From an uncultured bacterium (lineage in GTDB: Bacteria > Zixibacteria > MSB-5A5 > UBA10806), in the NCBI GenBank assembly GCA_965541585.1, contig CBEUCH010000013.1, positions 32,001 through 96,000 of the forward strand: a DNA stretch of 64,000 nt. Reading direction: 5' to 3'. How positions within the stretch are numbered: position 1 is the stretch's first letter; each line of letters opens with the position of its first letter. Positions 1 to 10,583 of the stretch are shown piece after piece. The position numbers and the translations under genes are program-made. The notes beneath the pieces were generated by a model. That model ran no database searches. It was not told the origin of the DNA and worked only from the letters and a program-made list of their open reading frames with translations.

Positions 1-1
1 T

Positions 2-928
2 GCTATCGAGGATCCCCGGATCATAGGGCTGAATCTCGAAAGCGGAGTCGCCAGGATTTTCAGGATGCGGCTTTTGAATAACGACGGCAGAGTTCTCTTC
101 TCATCCCTGGCCCTGGGAGACATATCGGAGGACCGATTATTGAGCCTCGATCTAGTCTTCGGACAATCGGGCTTTGGCACGGGATCGATAGTAAAAATAT
201 TCAGAGATCGGTTGCCATGGGATAGCAGGGCCCTGGACTCTACGCTCTACGAACAGGGACTGACGCTCGGCCACGGAGGCGGCCAGTTCTATATTTATTA
301 TTCGGATATGATGGCGGATGTTGAGTTGCAGCCGGGAATTGATCTGGTCATCATATCAAACGACCAGCCGCAGATATTTTACGATAGCTATGCCGTAAAT
401 CAAGATCGGTTTGAAAACTTCGTCCGAGAAGGCGGCACCCTTCTGTGGTGTGCATGTGATCTGGGATGGAATTATGGCTCCATAACTGAAGCTGGTTTGA
501 CCCTTCCCGGCTTTATCACGACGCGGTATTCGCTCGATCAGGTCAACATCGTAACGAATTCCGAATATCAGCTTCTCTCCGGCCTTAGCGATACTCTTCA
601 CGGTAATTATGCAAGCCAGGAATATTTTGAAAATATCCCGTATGGCGCTATCGCGTATTTGACGGATACCGACGGCCGCCAGACGTTAATTGGCTACGGA
701 TTGGGTAATGGGTGGGTGATCGTCTCTGGCCAACCGCTGGAGTATAATTATGATCGGAGAGATCAGTATAATATCGGTGATTTGCTGCCCCGCATAGTCA
801 GCTTTTTGTTAGGGATTACGCCGGGTGGTTCTTTTTCCCTTATCCCTGGGTCCGGGGCGTTTGAGCGCCAATGCCGGGGTTCCGCAAGTAGCCCCGCATT
901 CGCGCTGGAGGGGACGACCCGCCAGTGA
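2..928 (+). CDS. 5'-truncated hypothetical protein; C-terminal part resembles a class I glutamine-amidotransferase-like alpha/beta domain
   Basis: Frame is open from position 2 to TGA at 928. DLVIISNDQP...FVREGGTLLW pattern. Followed by a terminator hairpin. Confidence 0.6.
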   Translation, partial: AIEDPRIIGLNLESGVARIFRMRLLNNDGRVLFSSLALGDISEDRLLSLDLVFGQSGFGTGSIVKIFRDRLPWDSRALDSTLYEQGLTLGHGGGQFYIYYSDMMADVELQPGIDLVIISNDQPQIFYDSYAVNQDRFENFVREGGTLLWCACDLGWNYGSITEAGLTLPGFITTRYSLDQVNIVTNSEYQLLSGLSDTLHGNYASQEYFENIPYGAIAYLTDTDGRQTLIGYGLGNGWVIVSGQPLEYNYDRRDQYNIGDLLPRIVSFLLGITPGGSFSLIPGSGAFERQCRGSASSPAFALEGTTRQ

Positions 929-983
929 TCATATACCGTTGGTCCGCACGGTGCGGATAGAGTATCCCGCCGAATGGATCGAT

Positions 984-1018
984 TCAGCCCCGGTTATCGA
1001 TAACGGGGCTGATTTTTT
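984..1018 (+). terminator. Rho-independent terminator
   Basis: TCAGCCCC-G-GTTAT-CG-ATAAC-GGGGCTGA stem followed by TTTTTT, downstream of the ORF ending at 928. Confidence 0.7.
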
Positions 1019-1137
1019 GATTTACAGTTACCTCCGGGTCTGCCATTATTGGGCTTTTTCGTCAAAAAGAACCGACGGAAGGGAAACCCCTGTCTCTCAA
1101 GGATAGTATAAGTCTTAGAGAGACATCGGAGGTAGTT

Positions 1138-1350
1138 ATGAGGCTTAAATCCAGAAGAGCGCCAAAATTGAAATTTGAAACATCGCCCGATAGACTATTG
1201 CTGGCGGTGGTATATCCGGGATTGTATTGCCCGCGCTGCGGATCAAAGGAGATTGGACTGAAAAAGTTGGTGGGTGAAAATGCCATCTGGGGTTGCCGCG
1301 ATTGTTCGGCGGATTTCAGATTGGAGTTTCCGAAGATCAATAGATTTTAG
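1138..1350 (+). CDS. Small zinc-ribbon protein (70 aa)
   Basis: GGAGGT RBS 4 nt before ATG. CPRC...CRDC knuckles. Confidence 0.65.
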   Translation: MRLKSRRAPKLKFETSPDRLLLAVVYPGLYCPRCGSKEIGLKKLVGENAIWGCRDCSADFRLEFPKINRF

Positions 1351-1427
1351 CAGGCCTGAATTCATTATATTATTAAAGCCCCGATGCAGAGTCGGGGCTT
1401 TAATTATTTTCGGGCAGATAAAAACCT

Positions 1428-2678
1428 CTACTGTGCGGTGGTTTTCTCTCCTCTGATTTCACTTTTTGAAAATAAGGCCAGCGTCAATCCGCCCAGTCCC
1501 ATCATTAAAACCACCATCGTCAGAAGATATCCTATAACGGGAATAAATGATAAAGCCACCAATATCACCATTCCTATTGTAAAACAAAGGTAGCCCGGTT
1601 TGCCGCCGCCGATGCCCAACAGCTCGCAGATCTTCCGGCCGATGAAAAGGGAGGCGTAAATTCCTCCTGCGAAACAGCCGGCGCCGAACAGGAGAATCAG
1701 CACCGCCCCCAGAGGGGCGCCGATTATAGTCAGCAATAGCACTACTGCGACGATAGGCGCCAGAAACAGAATTACAAACCCGATTCCCAGGCTGGGAAAC
1801 AGCCTGGTGGTTAGACTCTGTTCGGTGGACAGCGCCATACCTTTGGAAAGAAGAATCAGGATATTCCCGGAGATCGCCAGCATGATCCACAGGATCACCA
1901 TGGACATCATAGCGGGGAACGGAATGGCCGAGACAATGAAGATCAAGAGAGAGATGATTGTCATGAAAAGGAAATATCCTCGATGTGATATTAACCAGGT
2001 GGATGCCTTCCCAAACGTAACCCAGCCGCTTACCTCGCTCTCCTTGCGTTCTGTCCGGGTCCACCTGACCTCCCCTGTAATCCGAGCAGAGGATGAAATA
2101 TCGGCCTTATCCGGAGTTTCATAAATCAGGTCGCCTTCGATAACCGCATCGGGGCCGATAACGAGTTCTCGCCCTTCGAAACGAAAATACCCGCCCACCG
2201 AACCGGTAAAGGTTATCTGACCTGCGGTGACTTCCAGGTCTCCTTTTACATCACCCTGGAAAATTACGTTATCCGCAAACAGTTGAGCATCCTTGCCGAT
2301 TTCAACGTCTGGCCCGATCGTTATCTCCTGCCCAAATGCAAGAACATTCCTGCCTATGGGAGCATTACATGAAATATATCTTGCGAAACTCCGGAAACTA
2401 CCGCCGACCGGGCCGAGGCTTTGAATAGACTGGCAGAAGCTATTGAGGTTCCCATCAACGATCGAGGATTGAACCATTTCGTTGCAGGCGGCAAATAGAT
2501 CGCCGCGAATCTCGCTATCGAATTTAATCTTATTCCCGGTCATGAAAACGTCGTCATCGTAAACAGAATCTGCTTTGAAGCCCTTTTCATCGGGATTCAA
2601 AAACTGTGTGGCGAGGAGGCTCCCGGGATTGGCCATCAGGATCGAGACCAGCGCCATATTTAGGAATGTTTTTTTCAT
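1428..2678 (-). CDS. Membrane protein with bactofilin/polymer-forming-cytoskeletal-like beta-helix and a C-terminal multi-TM domain
   Basis: Signal-like N-terminus from MKKTFLNMALV (start moved from 2708 to 2678, AAAGG upstream). IxGDL/VxGN beta-helix repeats. About 6 C-terminal TM helices. Confidence 0.75.
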   Translation of the reverse strand: MKKTFLNMALVSILMANPGSLLATQFLNPDEKGFKADSVYDDDVFMTGNKIKFDSEIRGDLFAACNEMVQSSIVDGNLNSFCQSIQSLGPVGGSFRSFARYISCNAPIGRNVLAFGQEITIGPDVEIGKDAQLFADNVIFQGDVKGDLEVTAGQITFTGSVGGYFRFEGRELVIGPDAVIEGDLIYETPDKADISSSARITGEVRWTRTERKESEVSGWVTFGKASTWLISHRGYFLFMTIISLLIFIVSAIPFPAMMSMVILWIMLAISGNILILLSKGMALSTEQSLTTRLFPSLGIGFVILFLAPIVAVVLLLTIIGAPLGAVLILLFGAGCFAGGIYASLFIGRKICELLGIGGGKPGYLCFTIGMVILVALSFIPVIGYLLTMVVLMMGLGGLTLALFSKSEIRGEKTTAQ

Positions 2679-2787
2679 ACCTTTACCGCTTTGATTACGG
2701 TCTTTCAAGAAAGTTTGTTACCAGATTTTTGGAGAGCCTGTCAAGAGAATTCTTGCTCACCATCGAATCACCTGCTATTATTACGCG

Positions 2788-3360
2788 ATGACTTACTCGA
2801 ATCGGAATAAGCCTCGACCGCTGGTTGATAGATATCCGTACAGCATAATAATTCCCCGCTGGTTTTTTGCGGTGGCCGAGATGGGGTTGGCGTCCTATTT
2901 TGTTTTTTCACTCAATTTTGAGCTGGGGCTGATCTTCCTTACCTATGGAGTCGTCTGCGCCTTCCTTCTGCTTCCATTGATCAGATGCGTCCGGTGCTAT
3001 TACTACGGCAAACGATGCAATTTCGGGTGGGGTATTCTGGTATCCAGACTGCTGCCGAAAGTCGAGGGTGAGAACTACGCCTCCAGCTACGGATATTCGA
3101 TTCTCTTCTGGCCCTTAAGAATTATACCATTCGGGCTTGGCCTGAGAGATATAATATTCGGCGTTTTCCATGGTTTACAATTTCTACCGCAAGGGGTGTT
3201 CGGCATCTATTTCCTCGTGATTTTTCTTCATCGGTGGTTTTACAGGAAATTGGCCTGCAGTAGATGCCATCAGCGACCAGGATGTCCGGTTTACGATGCG
3301 AAGGCGGTCATGGGGGACACCCTGAAAGTCAATACTGTTAGTGACACTGAAGAAATTTAG
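2788..3360 (+). CDS. Membrane protein with two Cys clusters (CxxCYYYGxxC; CxxCxxxxxCP)
   Basis: About 4 hydrophobic segments. CVRCYYYGKRC and CSRCHQRPGCP. Ends 30 bp before cstA. Confidence 0.65.
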   Translation: MTYSNRNKPRPLVDRYPYSIIIPRWFFAVAEMGLASYFVFSLNFELGLIFLTYGVVCAFLLLPLIRCVRCYYYGKRCNFGWGILVSRLLPKVEGENYASSYGYSILFWPLRIIPFGLGLRDIIFGVFHGLQFLPQGVFGIYFLVIFLHRWFYRKLACSRCHQRPGCPVYDAKAVMGDTLKVNTVSDTEEI

Positions 3361-3390
3361 GCGGCTTCAGAGGAGCGGCCTGGAGATTAT

Positions 3391-5115
3391 ATGAACTCTC
3401 TCTTTCTTGGCGGCCTGGCTATAATTTTACTCTATCTCGGATATAGATTCTACGGAGCCTTTATTGAAAAAAGGCTCATCGGTCCCGAAGATAGTTTTCC
3501 CACTCCCGCTGTTACAGAAAACGATGGTGTTGACTACTCGCCCGCCAGGACCCCGATGCTTTTCGGGCACCATTTCTCCTCCATTGCCGGGGCGGGACCG
3601 ATCATAGGTCCTCTTATCGGGGTTACCTTTTTTGGCTGGTTGGTTTCTGCTCTCTGGATAGTCATAGGATCGATATTCATGGGAGCAGTGCATGATTATA
3701 CCTCCATGATGCTTTCGGTGCGCAACAAGGGTAAATCGATCGCGGAGATTGCCGGGATTTCTCTGGGGAATAGGGCCAAAATGGTCTTCTCGGTTTTTCT
3801 CTGGATAGCCTTAGTTCTGGTCGTGGCAGCTTTCGGCGATGCAACCGCTCAAACCCTGGTCAAAAAACCGGAGATCGTCATACCGACTTTTGGCTTGATC
3901 TTTATAGCCATCTTTTTTGGCCGCCTTGTCTACCGGATGGGCGTCTCGCTGATCCTCGGTACCATAATATCTCTCGGGCTTCTGGCGGCCCTGGTTTATC
4001 TTGGTGAGTTAGCCCCTATCTCTGTTCCGGGTATGGTTTTTGGAATGTCCGATGTCCGGTTCTGGTTCTGGATTTTAATGGTCTATGCTTTGATCGCCTC
4101 CGTCATTCCGGTATGGGTCCTTCTCCAGCCACGGGATTATATCTCCAGCTGGCTGCTTTATCTAGGCCTCGGACTGGGATTTCTCGGTTTGACAATCGCC
4201 CACCCGGATTTAAAGGCGCCCGCTATTGTGGCTTTTGATAGCCCGACGCAGGGGCCGCTATGGCCGATGCTGTTCGTTCTTATTGCATGCGGTGCCGTCA
4301 GCGGATTTCACTCCCTCGTGGCCAGCGGAACCACGGCCAAGCAACTTGCGCGTGAAGGACTCGGGCGAAAAATAGGTTACGGTTCAATGATCTTAGAAGC
4401 GGTTCTGGCAATTATGGTAGTCATGATTGCCGCCGCGGCCCTGAACTGGGATCCATCCGCCCGGAAGTCGGCTTTCGGTCTGCAATACCTGATGACTTCG
4501 GCCACTGCCGGTGGGGGAGGCGGTCCCATAGTCGCCTTCGCTACAGGTTTTGGCAAGGTGGTTAATATCTTGCCGGGGATCTCGCTTGCTGCAGGAATCT
4601 ATTTCGGGATGCTGATGCTGAACGCCTTCGTGATGACAACGCTCGATACAGCTACCAGGTTGGGGAGGTTTATTTTGACCGAAGCCGGCGGAGAAAAGTT
4701 TAAACTCCTGAATAACAGATGGCTGGCCACCATAATGACCGTTGCAGCGGCCGGGTTATTGGCATCGACAGGCGGTGTTAAGACTATCTGGCCGGTTTTT
4801 GGTGCCGCCAATCAACTCGTTGCAGCACTGGCGCTGGTAGTAGTATCATCATATCTGATCGGTGTAAAAAAGCCGAGGCTCTACACGGTTTTACCGGCAA
4901 TTTTCATGTTGGTAACCACAATCGGCGCTTTGATATTTAACATGACCGGCTTCTTCGCTATGGGCACCGCACGGGGCTATCTTCTTGGATGCGTTTCGGT
5001 TATACTCACCGCGTTAGCCCTTTATATTGCCTTTGAGGCCAGGGACGTTTTTCTGTTTCTGAAGCGAAAGAGAGAACCTATAGTGGCTCCACATCCGGCT
5101 TGGAGCCGAGAATAG
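3391..5115 (+). CDS. cstA: Carbon starvation protein A (peptide/pyruvate transporter family)
   Basis: TPA...DGVDY, LFGHHFSSIAGAGPIIGP, GAVHDY, IACGAVSGFHSLVASGTT, IWPVFGAANQL motifs. GGAG RBS. Confidence 0.95.
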   Translation: MNSLFLGGLAIILLYLGYRFYGAFIEKRLIGPEDSFPTPAVTENDGVDYSPARTPMLFGHHFSSIAGAGPIIGPLIGVTFFGWLVSALWIVIGSIFMGAVHDYTSMMLSVRNKGKSIAEIAGISLGNRAKMVFSVFLWIALVLVVAAFGDATAQTLVKKPEIVIPTFGLIFIAIFFGRLVYRMGVSLILGTIISLGLLAALVYLGELAPISVPGMVFGMSDVRFWFWILMVYALIASVIPVWVLLQPRDYISSWLLYLGLGLGFLGLTIAHPDLKAPAIVAFDSPTQGPLWPMLFVLIACGAVSGFHSLVASGTTAKQLAREGLGRKIGYGSMILEAVLAIMVVMIAAAALNWDPSARKSAFGLQYLMTSATAGGGGGPIVAFATGFGKVVNILPGISLAAGIYFGMLMLNAFVMTTLDTATRLGRFILTEAGGEKFKLLNNRWLATIMTVAAAGLLASTGGVKTIWPVFGAANQLVAALALVVVSSYLIGVKKPRLYTVLPAIFMLVTTIGALIFNMTGFFAMGTARGYLLGCVSVILTALALYIAFEARDVFLFLKRKREPIVAPHPAWSRE

Positions 5116-5330
5116 GCTTTTTGAAATCGTCATAGATTGAACGCTCAGGCCCAGGTTTCCGTGGAACAGCGGCTTTTTTCTTCAAGTCTTTCCTGCAATG
5201 TTCGAAGATATCTACAGATGTTCCTATATAGGATAATAGCGCCGGAATCGGTTCCGGCAGACGGTGATCCCTTATCTATGCCGGTAAATTACCGATAATG
5301 ATAAGAGTAGCACTGAGATAAGAATGGCGG

Positions 5331-7055
5331 TTGGTTACTATGCTGGATAAAAGGATGGTGGGCGAAAACCCACAGGAGTCGACAAGAAAGATAAATATAG
5401 CCTCAGAACTCAAAAAATTCTCGGCTCCAAAAACCGAGTTCAAGATCAACGGCGGGGATGATTTTGCGCTGGGAAGAAATGACCTGCGGGCGTTGTACGA
5501 GGTTTCCCGGGCCGTGAACTCCACTCTCATATTGGATGAAATATTAAGCATCGTGATGCAGAAGTCGATAGAGCTACTCCAGGCGCAGAGAGGTTTTTTG
5601 ATGCTTCTGGATTCGGACGGGAATCTGCAGTTCAAAACGGCCTATAAGATCAACAAAAAAGATCTGGATGAAAGCGATCTTCAGATTCCATCCTCGATCG
5701 CACGGACGGTGCTTGAAACAGGGCAGTCGCTTTACACCTCCGACGCTTTGAAAGATGATCGTTTTTCGCATAAAAAATCCGTTCTGGAGATGAATATACG
5801 TTCGGCTATCTGCGTGCCTTTAAGGATCAAAGATCAAACCATAGGCGTCGTATATCTTGATAATTCAGCCAGAGCCAACATATTCTTAAAATCGGATTTG
5901 CATCTATTCGAGCTCTTTGCGGATCAAGCTTCCTTAGCCATACATAATGCCCAGCTTTATACAGAGCTTTTCGATCTCCAGCGATTTCAGGAAGCGACTC
6001 TTGATAAAACACCTGTGGGAATAATGGTCCTGGCCGAGAATGGGGAAGTTATCTCATATAATAATGCCTCCTTCGCCCTGTTGTATAAGGCCTCTCTCGT
6101 GCCGGACGATGGCAGCTATGATCTTCTGGGCAAAAACTTCCTGGAGATCTTACCATCCGCGGAACGGAAATTCTGGAAGGAGAACATAGCCAGATCGGCG
6201 GAGGTTACCGAGGAGATTCCTTCGCACAGGCAAAAGATCGGTTCGGATGATACCGTTTTCAGATATCGATTTTCGCCATTTCATCATGTGAGCGACGATC
6301 TGAACGGCAGGATTATAGTTATCGAGGACATCACGGAAAAAGTGATTCTGGAGCAATCCCTGCTATTATCTGAGAAGATGGCTGCCAAGGGGGAGATGGC
6401 GGCCACTATTGGGCATGAGCTAAACAATTATCTGACAACCATATCGACCAACGCCCAGCTTCTGCCGCGCATCTTAGAGAAAGGACAAATGGATAAGGTC
6501 CCGGCGAAGGTTGACAGCATCCTGGCCGGCATTGACAAAATGAAGCGTTTCACATCGGGCCTGATGGATTTCTCAGCCCTCGAGACCAGGAAGGCCTCGC
6601 ATGACATATCGGTTGTCTTAGATGACGTGATCTTTTTTGTGAAGCCGCTGAAGAAATTCAAAGCAATTGATGTCGCTCTTGATATAGCTCTTGATATTCC
6701 GAAGGTGATGATTGATATAGGGCAGATTCATCAGGTTATCTTTAACCTCTTGATGAATGGGGCCGATGCCATAGCGGACAGCGGAGTTACCGATGGGGCC
6801 ATTAGGATCACCGCCCGGTGCGAGGCAGAGTTTGCCACCGTGGTTATCTCCGATAACGGGCCGGGTATCCCGGATGATATTCTGTCAAACCTGTTTGAAC
6901 CTCATATAACATCAAAGACGTCCGGGCACGGATTGGGGCTTTCTATCAGCCTGAGAATTATTGAGAGCCACGGCGGCCAGCTTACGGCATCGAATAATCC
7001 AGATGGCGGTGCATCGTTTAAAATAAAGCTTCCATTGGGTAAGGTTGATGAATGA
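5331..7055 (+). CDS. Cytoplasmic GAF-PAS sensor histidine kinase
   Basis: GAF (SAICVPL, IGVVYLDN), H-box GHELNNYL, N-box QVIFNLLMNGADA, G1 DNGPGI, G2 GHGLGL. No TM segment. Exact start uncertain (5331/5340/5355). Confidence 0.9.
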   Translation: MVTMLDKRMVGENPQESTRKINIASELKKFSAPKTEFKINGGDDFALGRNDLRALYEVSRAVNSTLILDEILSIVMQKSIELLQAQRGFLMLLDSDGNLQFKTAYKINKKDLDESDLQIPSSIARTVLETGQSLYTSDALKDDRFSHKKSVLEMNIRSAICVPLRIKDQTIGVVYLDNSARANIFLKSDLHLFELFADQASLAIHNAQLYTELFDLQRFQEATLDKTPVGIMVLAENGEVISYNNASFALLYKASLVPDDGSYDLLGKNFLEILPSAERKFWKENIARSAEVTEEIPSHRQKIGSDDTVFRYRFSPFHHVSDDLNGRIIVIEDITEKVILEQSLLLSEKMAAKGEMAATIGHELNNYLTTISTNAQLLPRILEKGQMDKVPAKVDSILAGIDKMKRFTSGLMDFSALETRKASHDISVVLDDVIFFVKPLKKFKAIDVALDIALDIPKVMIDIGQIHQVIFNLLMNGADAIADSGVTDGAIRITARCEAEFATVVISDNGPGIPDDILSNLFEPHITSKTSGHGLGLSISLRIIESHGGQLTASNNPDGGASFKIKLPLGKVDE

Positions 7056-10000
7056 TCGCCTTATAGCCGGGCGATATAGAATCGAAGAGCTTTTGGGCGA
7101 AGGCGGTTTAGCTCGTGTCTATCGTGCGACTGACATTCTCACCGGCAAGGCGGCAGCCCTCAAAGAAGCCCATCCCGATGATTCGTCAGCACGCGAAGCC
7201 ATAATACATGAATACAGCTTCGCGTCATCGCACCAGCACCCGACATTGGTTTTTCCCTATTCGTTGATCGACTGTTCCGACGGAACTCTGATTGTCATGC
7301 CCCTGGTTGAAGGAACCGATCTAAAATCATGGTCGAATTCAACCTCCCTCAGCCCGGATCCGGATCAGGGAAAATCTCGAATGGATGGAGTCATAGCATC
7401 GATACTCGAGTGCGCGGCATTTATACACTTTTCAGGTTATTTATATAATGATTTCAAGCCTGCAAATTTCATGATCACCGGCGACATAGTTTCGAATGCG
7501 GCTGATAATATAAGACCGGTTCTTCTGGATTATAACCTGCTGACTCCCAGAGGCGGAAACCAGTCGAGGCGCGGCACTCTCGAATATATCTCTCCGGAGG
7601 TATTGAAAGGCGACCCTCCCGGAGTACAATCCGACCTGTACTCAATTGGAGCCATGATTTATGAGTTTTTTTCAGACGCTCCGCCCCTTTCCTCAACCGG
7701 TGACTCCGAGCTAATCAGGCTCGTTACAGAAAAGGGCAGTATCGACTTCTCTCGCATCCCGCAGCGCTTCAAAGAGGGGATGGAAGCCCTTTTATCTCGT
7801 GATCCGGGCCGACGCCCGCAGGATGCGAAGGAGGCAGCGGGGATTCTGGGCCTCGATGAGCAGTTTCAGACTCTCTTCCACGTCCGGATTGGATACTATC
7901 TGTCAGCCGGAACGCCGCCCTTTGCCGCCGAATTGGAGAGTTGTTTTAAGGACTATCTTCGCAGCATGTCCGAAAAGATCTTCCTGATCCGCGGTTTAAG
8001 CTATGGCACGAGCGCATCGAATTATCTGGCATCGAGGTTTGCGATTGATGGATTTGAAATCTATCGTATCCACGCCGGGTATGACGATGATGCGTCCGCC
8101 GCGATTCTCCATGATCTCCTCCAGAGAATAGACACCGGCTTTCAGAAAAGAACTCTACTTCTGGTTGACAGACTTGAGGATTTAAATGATCAGAATGTAA
8201 GAAAGCTCAAGGTCATCGCCGGTTCTCGCGGCGATGTCCCCGTGGTCGCCGGAGCCGGGCGCTGGCATGATTTTGGCCTGCCGTATGTTTTGTTCGATCC
8301 CTTACGCAATCAAACCAGGCATAGCGCCACTACCGAGGCATTGAAAGCTTTCTTAAAGCAATCGGAATTAAATTTCGAATACGATCGCCTGAGCGAAGCT
8401 ACCGGGGGCGATCCGGAACTCATTTATTATCATCTAATTAGCGCTGCCAATGATGGCAGATTCGATCCGCTCTCCGGCAAGCAGGAATATGATCTTCGCG
8501 TAATCGATAAAGCCATACCGGGAGTGGTCGAAGCCACCGGGCGGATGTGCGATTCGTTGAGTGTAAGCGGGCAAACCGTAATGACTAAGCTCTCTGTGTG
8601 GGGCGACAGGATTCCGATGCTTCTCATGACAGGATTTGATGAAAGCGAGCAAAAAACCATAAACAGCCTGATGGAATCGGGTCATCTGGTTCGGGAGAAG
8701 GATTCTGTGGCTTTTCCCTCCGGTGATTCGAGAGATTTAATCTACTCTCGAACCTCCCCTGGTGAAAAAGAAACCCTTCACCGCTATTGGGCTGAGGCGA
8801 CTGAAAAACGGTTAAAGGACACAGACGAATACCTGGAGGCGGTAGCGTACCACTGGGGTCGCTCCGATGATATAAAAAGGGGATTCGAGGCAAATCGTCT
8901 GGCCGCCGCAGAGTATCTGAGAAAAGGAGAATTATCACGCGCCAAGGATATCGCCAAAACTCTCCTTTCCCTCTCGGAGAGAGGAGGTGGATCGAAATCC
9001 GCCGCCCTGGAGATCTATGCCGATATCGCTAAAGCCGAGGGAGATTATCAGGACGCTCGTGAAAAATATTTAAGAATTCTCTGGAATCTGCGGCTTGAGA
9101 GAGACAAGTGTCTGGAAGCCAAAACCTTAAAAGACCTGGGAGATCTTTATCGCTCGCTGAGGATATCCCGGAAGGCTCTGCTTTATACCAGAAAGGCATT
9201 GAGCTCATATACAGGGCTGTCGGACGAGCAAGGGATGGCCGATTGTCTAAACAACATGGGCCTGACCTACTGGGTAAATGAAGATTACAAGCAAGCCCTC
9301 GATTCTTTCAATTCCGCGCTTTCGGCAAACAAAAGGATGGGGAATTATCGCGAGCTTGCGAAAATCCAATCCAATATTGGTATTATCAAAGACATAACAG
9401 GAAAAACCGGGGATGTGACCAGCCATTTCTTAGATGCTCTGGACTGCGCCAGGCAGGCCGAAGATCCCAGACTTCAGGCCCTGGTTTCCAATAATCTCGG
9501 TTTCTTTTTGATCCGGCAGGGCGATTTCGAGACTGCACAAAGGCATCTCTTCGACGCCCTTGAGATATCGGAACGTATCGGTTTTACCGAGGAGATAATC
9601 AATTCCCTGACGAATCTAGGCCTTTGCCATCTTCGGCTTGGCGATCTGTTTAAGTCGGTGGAAAGCAACCAGAAGGCGCAGGAGTGGGCCAACTCATTTG
9701 GCAACAAACGGTTGGCGGCTGAAGCTGAGCTTCATCTCACTGAGGCCTGTATCCTGATGGGTAATTTTTCACTCGCCGAATCTGTCTTATCGTCAATCGA
9801 ATCCGATAAAGTATATTTGGAAGATAAAACGCTGAAATCTCAGGTCGATTTGCTCCGCTCCAGATGGCAGGTGAATTCGGGATATTATGAGAAAGCCCTA
9901 AGAACTGCGGGGGCCGTTTCCTCCGAAGCCGGAATTGCGGGCAATACGCGCTTGAGACTCGAGGCGGGATTGGTCGTCGCTGAAGCGCAGATGACCTCTC

Positions 10001-10524
10001 AGCCAAAAAGGGCGCTTTCGAATCTGGCGGTTCTGGCCGAAGAAGCACATAAATTGGGGCATGGCGATCTGGCAGAAGCAGCCGGATTGCTACTGGCAGG
10101 CATATATCTGCTATTAAAAGACTATTTCAACGCCGAGGGGTGGATTGAAAAATCCCTCTCTGGCAGGAAGCCGCCTAAGAGAGCTTATATCGAGGCCTCG
10201 ATTCTCTCCTCCGAAATCTCATATCTTAAAAACAGATATGACGATGCAATCGATAAACTAATTGAAATAGAGAGTACTGCGGCGGCCTCGGGATTCATCC
10301 CCTTGGCCCTCAAATCATCTGTTATCCTGGGGGAGATATTCACCTCCTGTCTGAAGCTATCAAGAGCAAAAAGGGCTTTTGGAAGAGCAGTGGAATACAG
10401 AGAGAAAATGTTATCTGCCTTCCCCGTAAACACTTCCACCGCACCTCTGCTTAAGCTCCCCTCCATGGTACGTCTTGAGGCAGGGCTGGCCGAGATAGAT
10501 GAAAAGGCATTTTTGAGGATTTGA
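7048..10524 (+). CDS. Ser/Thr protein kinase - degenerate NTPase-like region - TPR repeat protein
   Basis: LGEGGLARVY, AALKE, YNDFKPAN, GTLEYISPE, SDLYSIGA kinase motifs. C-terminal TPRs (LNNMGLTY, SNNLGFF, LTNLGLC). Start overlaps the histidine kinase stop, suggesting translational coupling. Confidence 0.85.
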   Translation: MNDRLIAGRYRIEELLGEGGLARVYRATDILTGKAAALKEAHPDDSSAREAIIHEYSFASSHQHPTLVFPYSLIDCSDGTLIVMPLVEGTDLKSWSNSTSLSPDPDQGKSRMDGVIASILECAAFIHFSGYLYNDFKPANFMITGDIVSNAADNIRPVLLDYNLLTPRGGNQSRRGTLEYISPEVLKGDPPGVQSDLYSIGAMIYEFFSDAPPLSSTGDSELIRLVTEKGSIDFSRIPQRFKEGMEALLSRDPGRRPQDAKEAAGILGLDEQFQTLFHVRIGYYLSAGTPPFAAELESCFKDYLRSMSEKIFLIRGLSYGTSASNYLASRFAIDGFEIYRIHAGYDDDASAAILHDLLQRIDTGFQKRTLLLVDRLEDLNDQNVRKLKVIAGSRGDVPVVAGAGRWHDFGLPYVLFDPLRNQTRHSATTEALKAFLKQSELNFEYDRLSEATGGDPELIYYHLISAANDGRFDPLSGKQEYDLRVIDKAIPGVVEATGRMCDSLSVSGQTVMTKLSVWGDRIPMLLMTGFDESEQKTINSLMESGHLVREKDSVAFPSGDSRDLIYSRTSPGEKETLHRYWAEATEKRLKDTDEYLEAVAYHWGRSDDIKRGFEANRLAAAEYLRKGELSRAKDIAKTLLSLSERGGGSKSAALEIYADIAKAEGDYQDAREKYLRILWNLRLERDKCLEAKTLKDLGDLYRSLRISRKALLYTRKALSSYTGLSDEQGMADCLNNMGLTYWVNEDYKQALDSFNSALSANKRMGNYRELAKIQSNIGIIKDITGKTGDVTSHFLDALDCARQAEDPRLQALVSNNLGFFLIRQGDFETAQRHLFDALEISERIGFTEEIINSLTNLGLCHLRLGDLFKSVESNQKAQEWANSFGNKRLAAEAELHLTEACILMGNFSLAESVLSSIESDKVYLEDKTLKSQVDLLRSRWQVNSGYYEKALRTAGAVSSEAGIAGNTRLRLEAGLVVAEAQMTSQPKRALSNLAVLAEEAHKLGHGDLAEAAGLLLAGIYLLLKDYFNAEGWIEKSLSGRKPPKRAYIEASILSSEISYLKNRYDDAIDKLIEIESTAAASGFIPLALKSSVILGEIFTSCLKLSRAKRAFGRAVEYREKMLSAFPVNTSTAPLLKLPSMVRLEAGLAEIDEKAFLRI

Positions 10525-10533
10525 GGATCGCCC

Positions 10534-10561
10534 AAAAAAAAGGGCCGCATTTGAGCGGCCC
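10534..10561 (-). terminator. Rho-independent terminator oriented for the minus-strand peptide gene
   Basis: Minus strand reads GGGCCGC-TCAAAT-GCGGCCC-TTTTTTTT. Confidence 0.8.
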
Positions 10562-10583
10562 GAGTTTTCCGGTAGAGTGGGTA

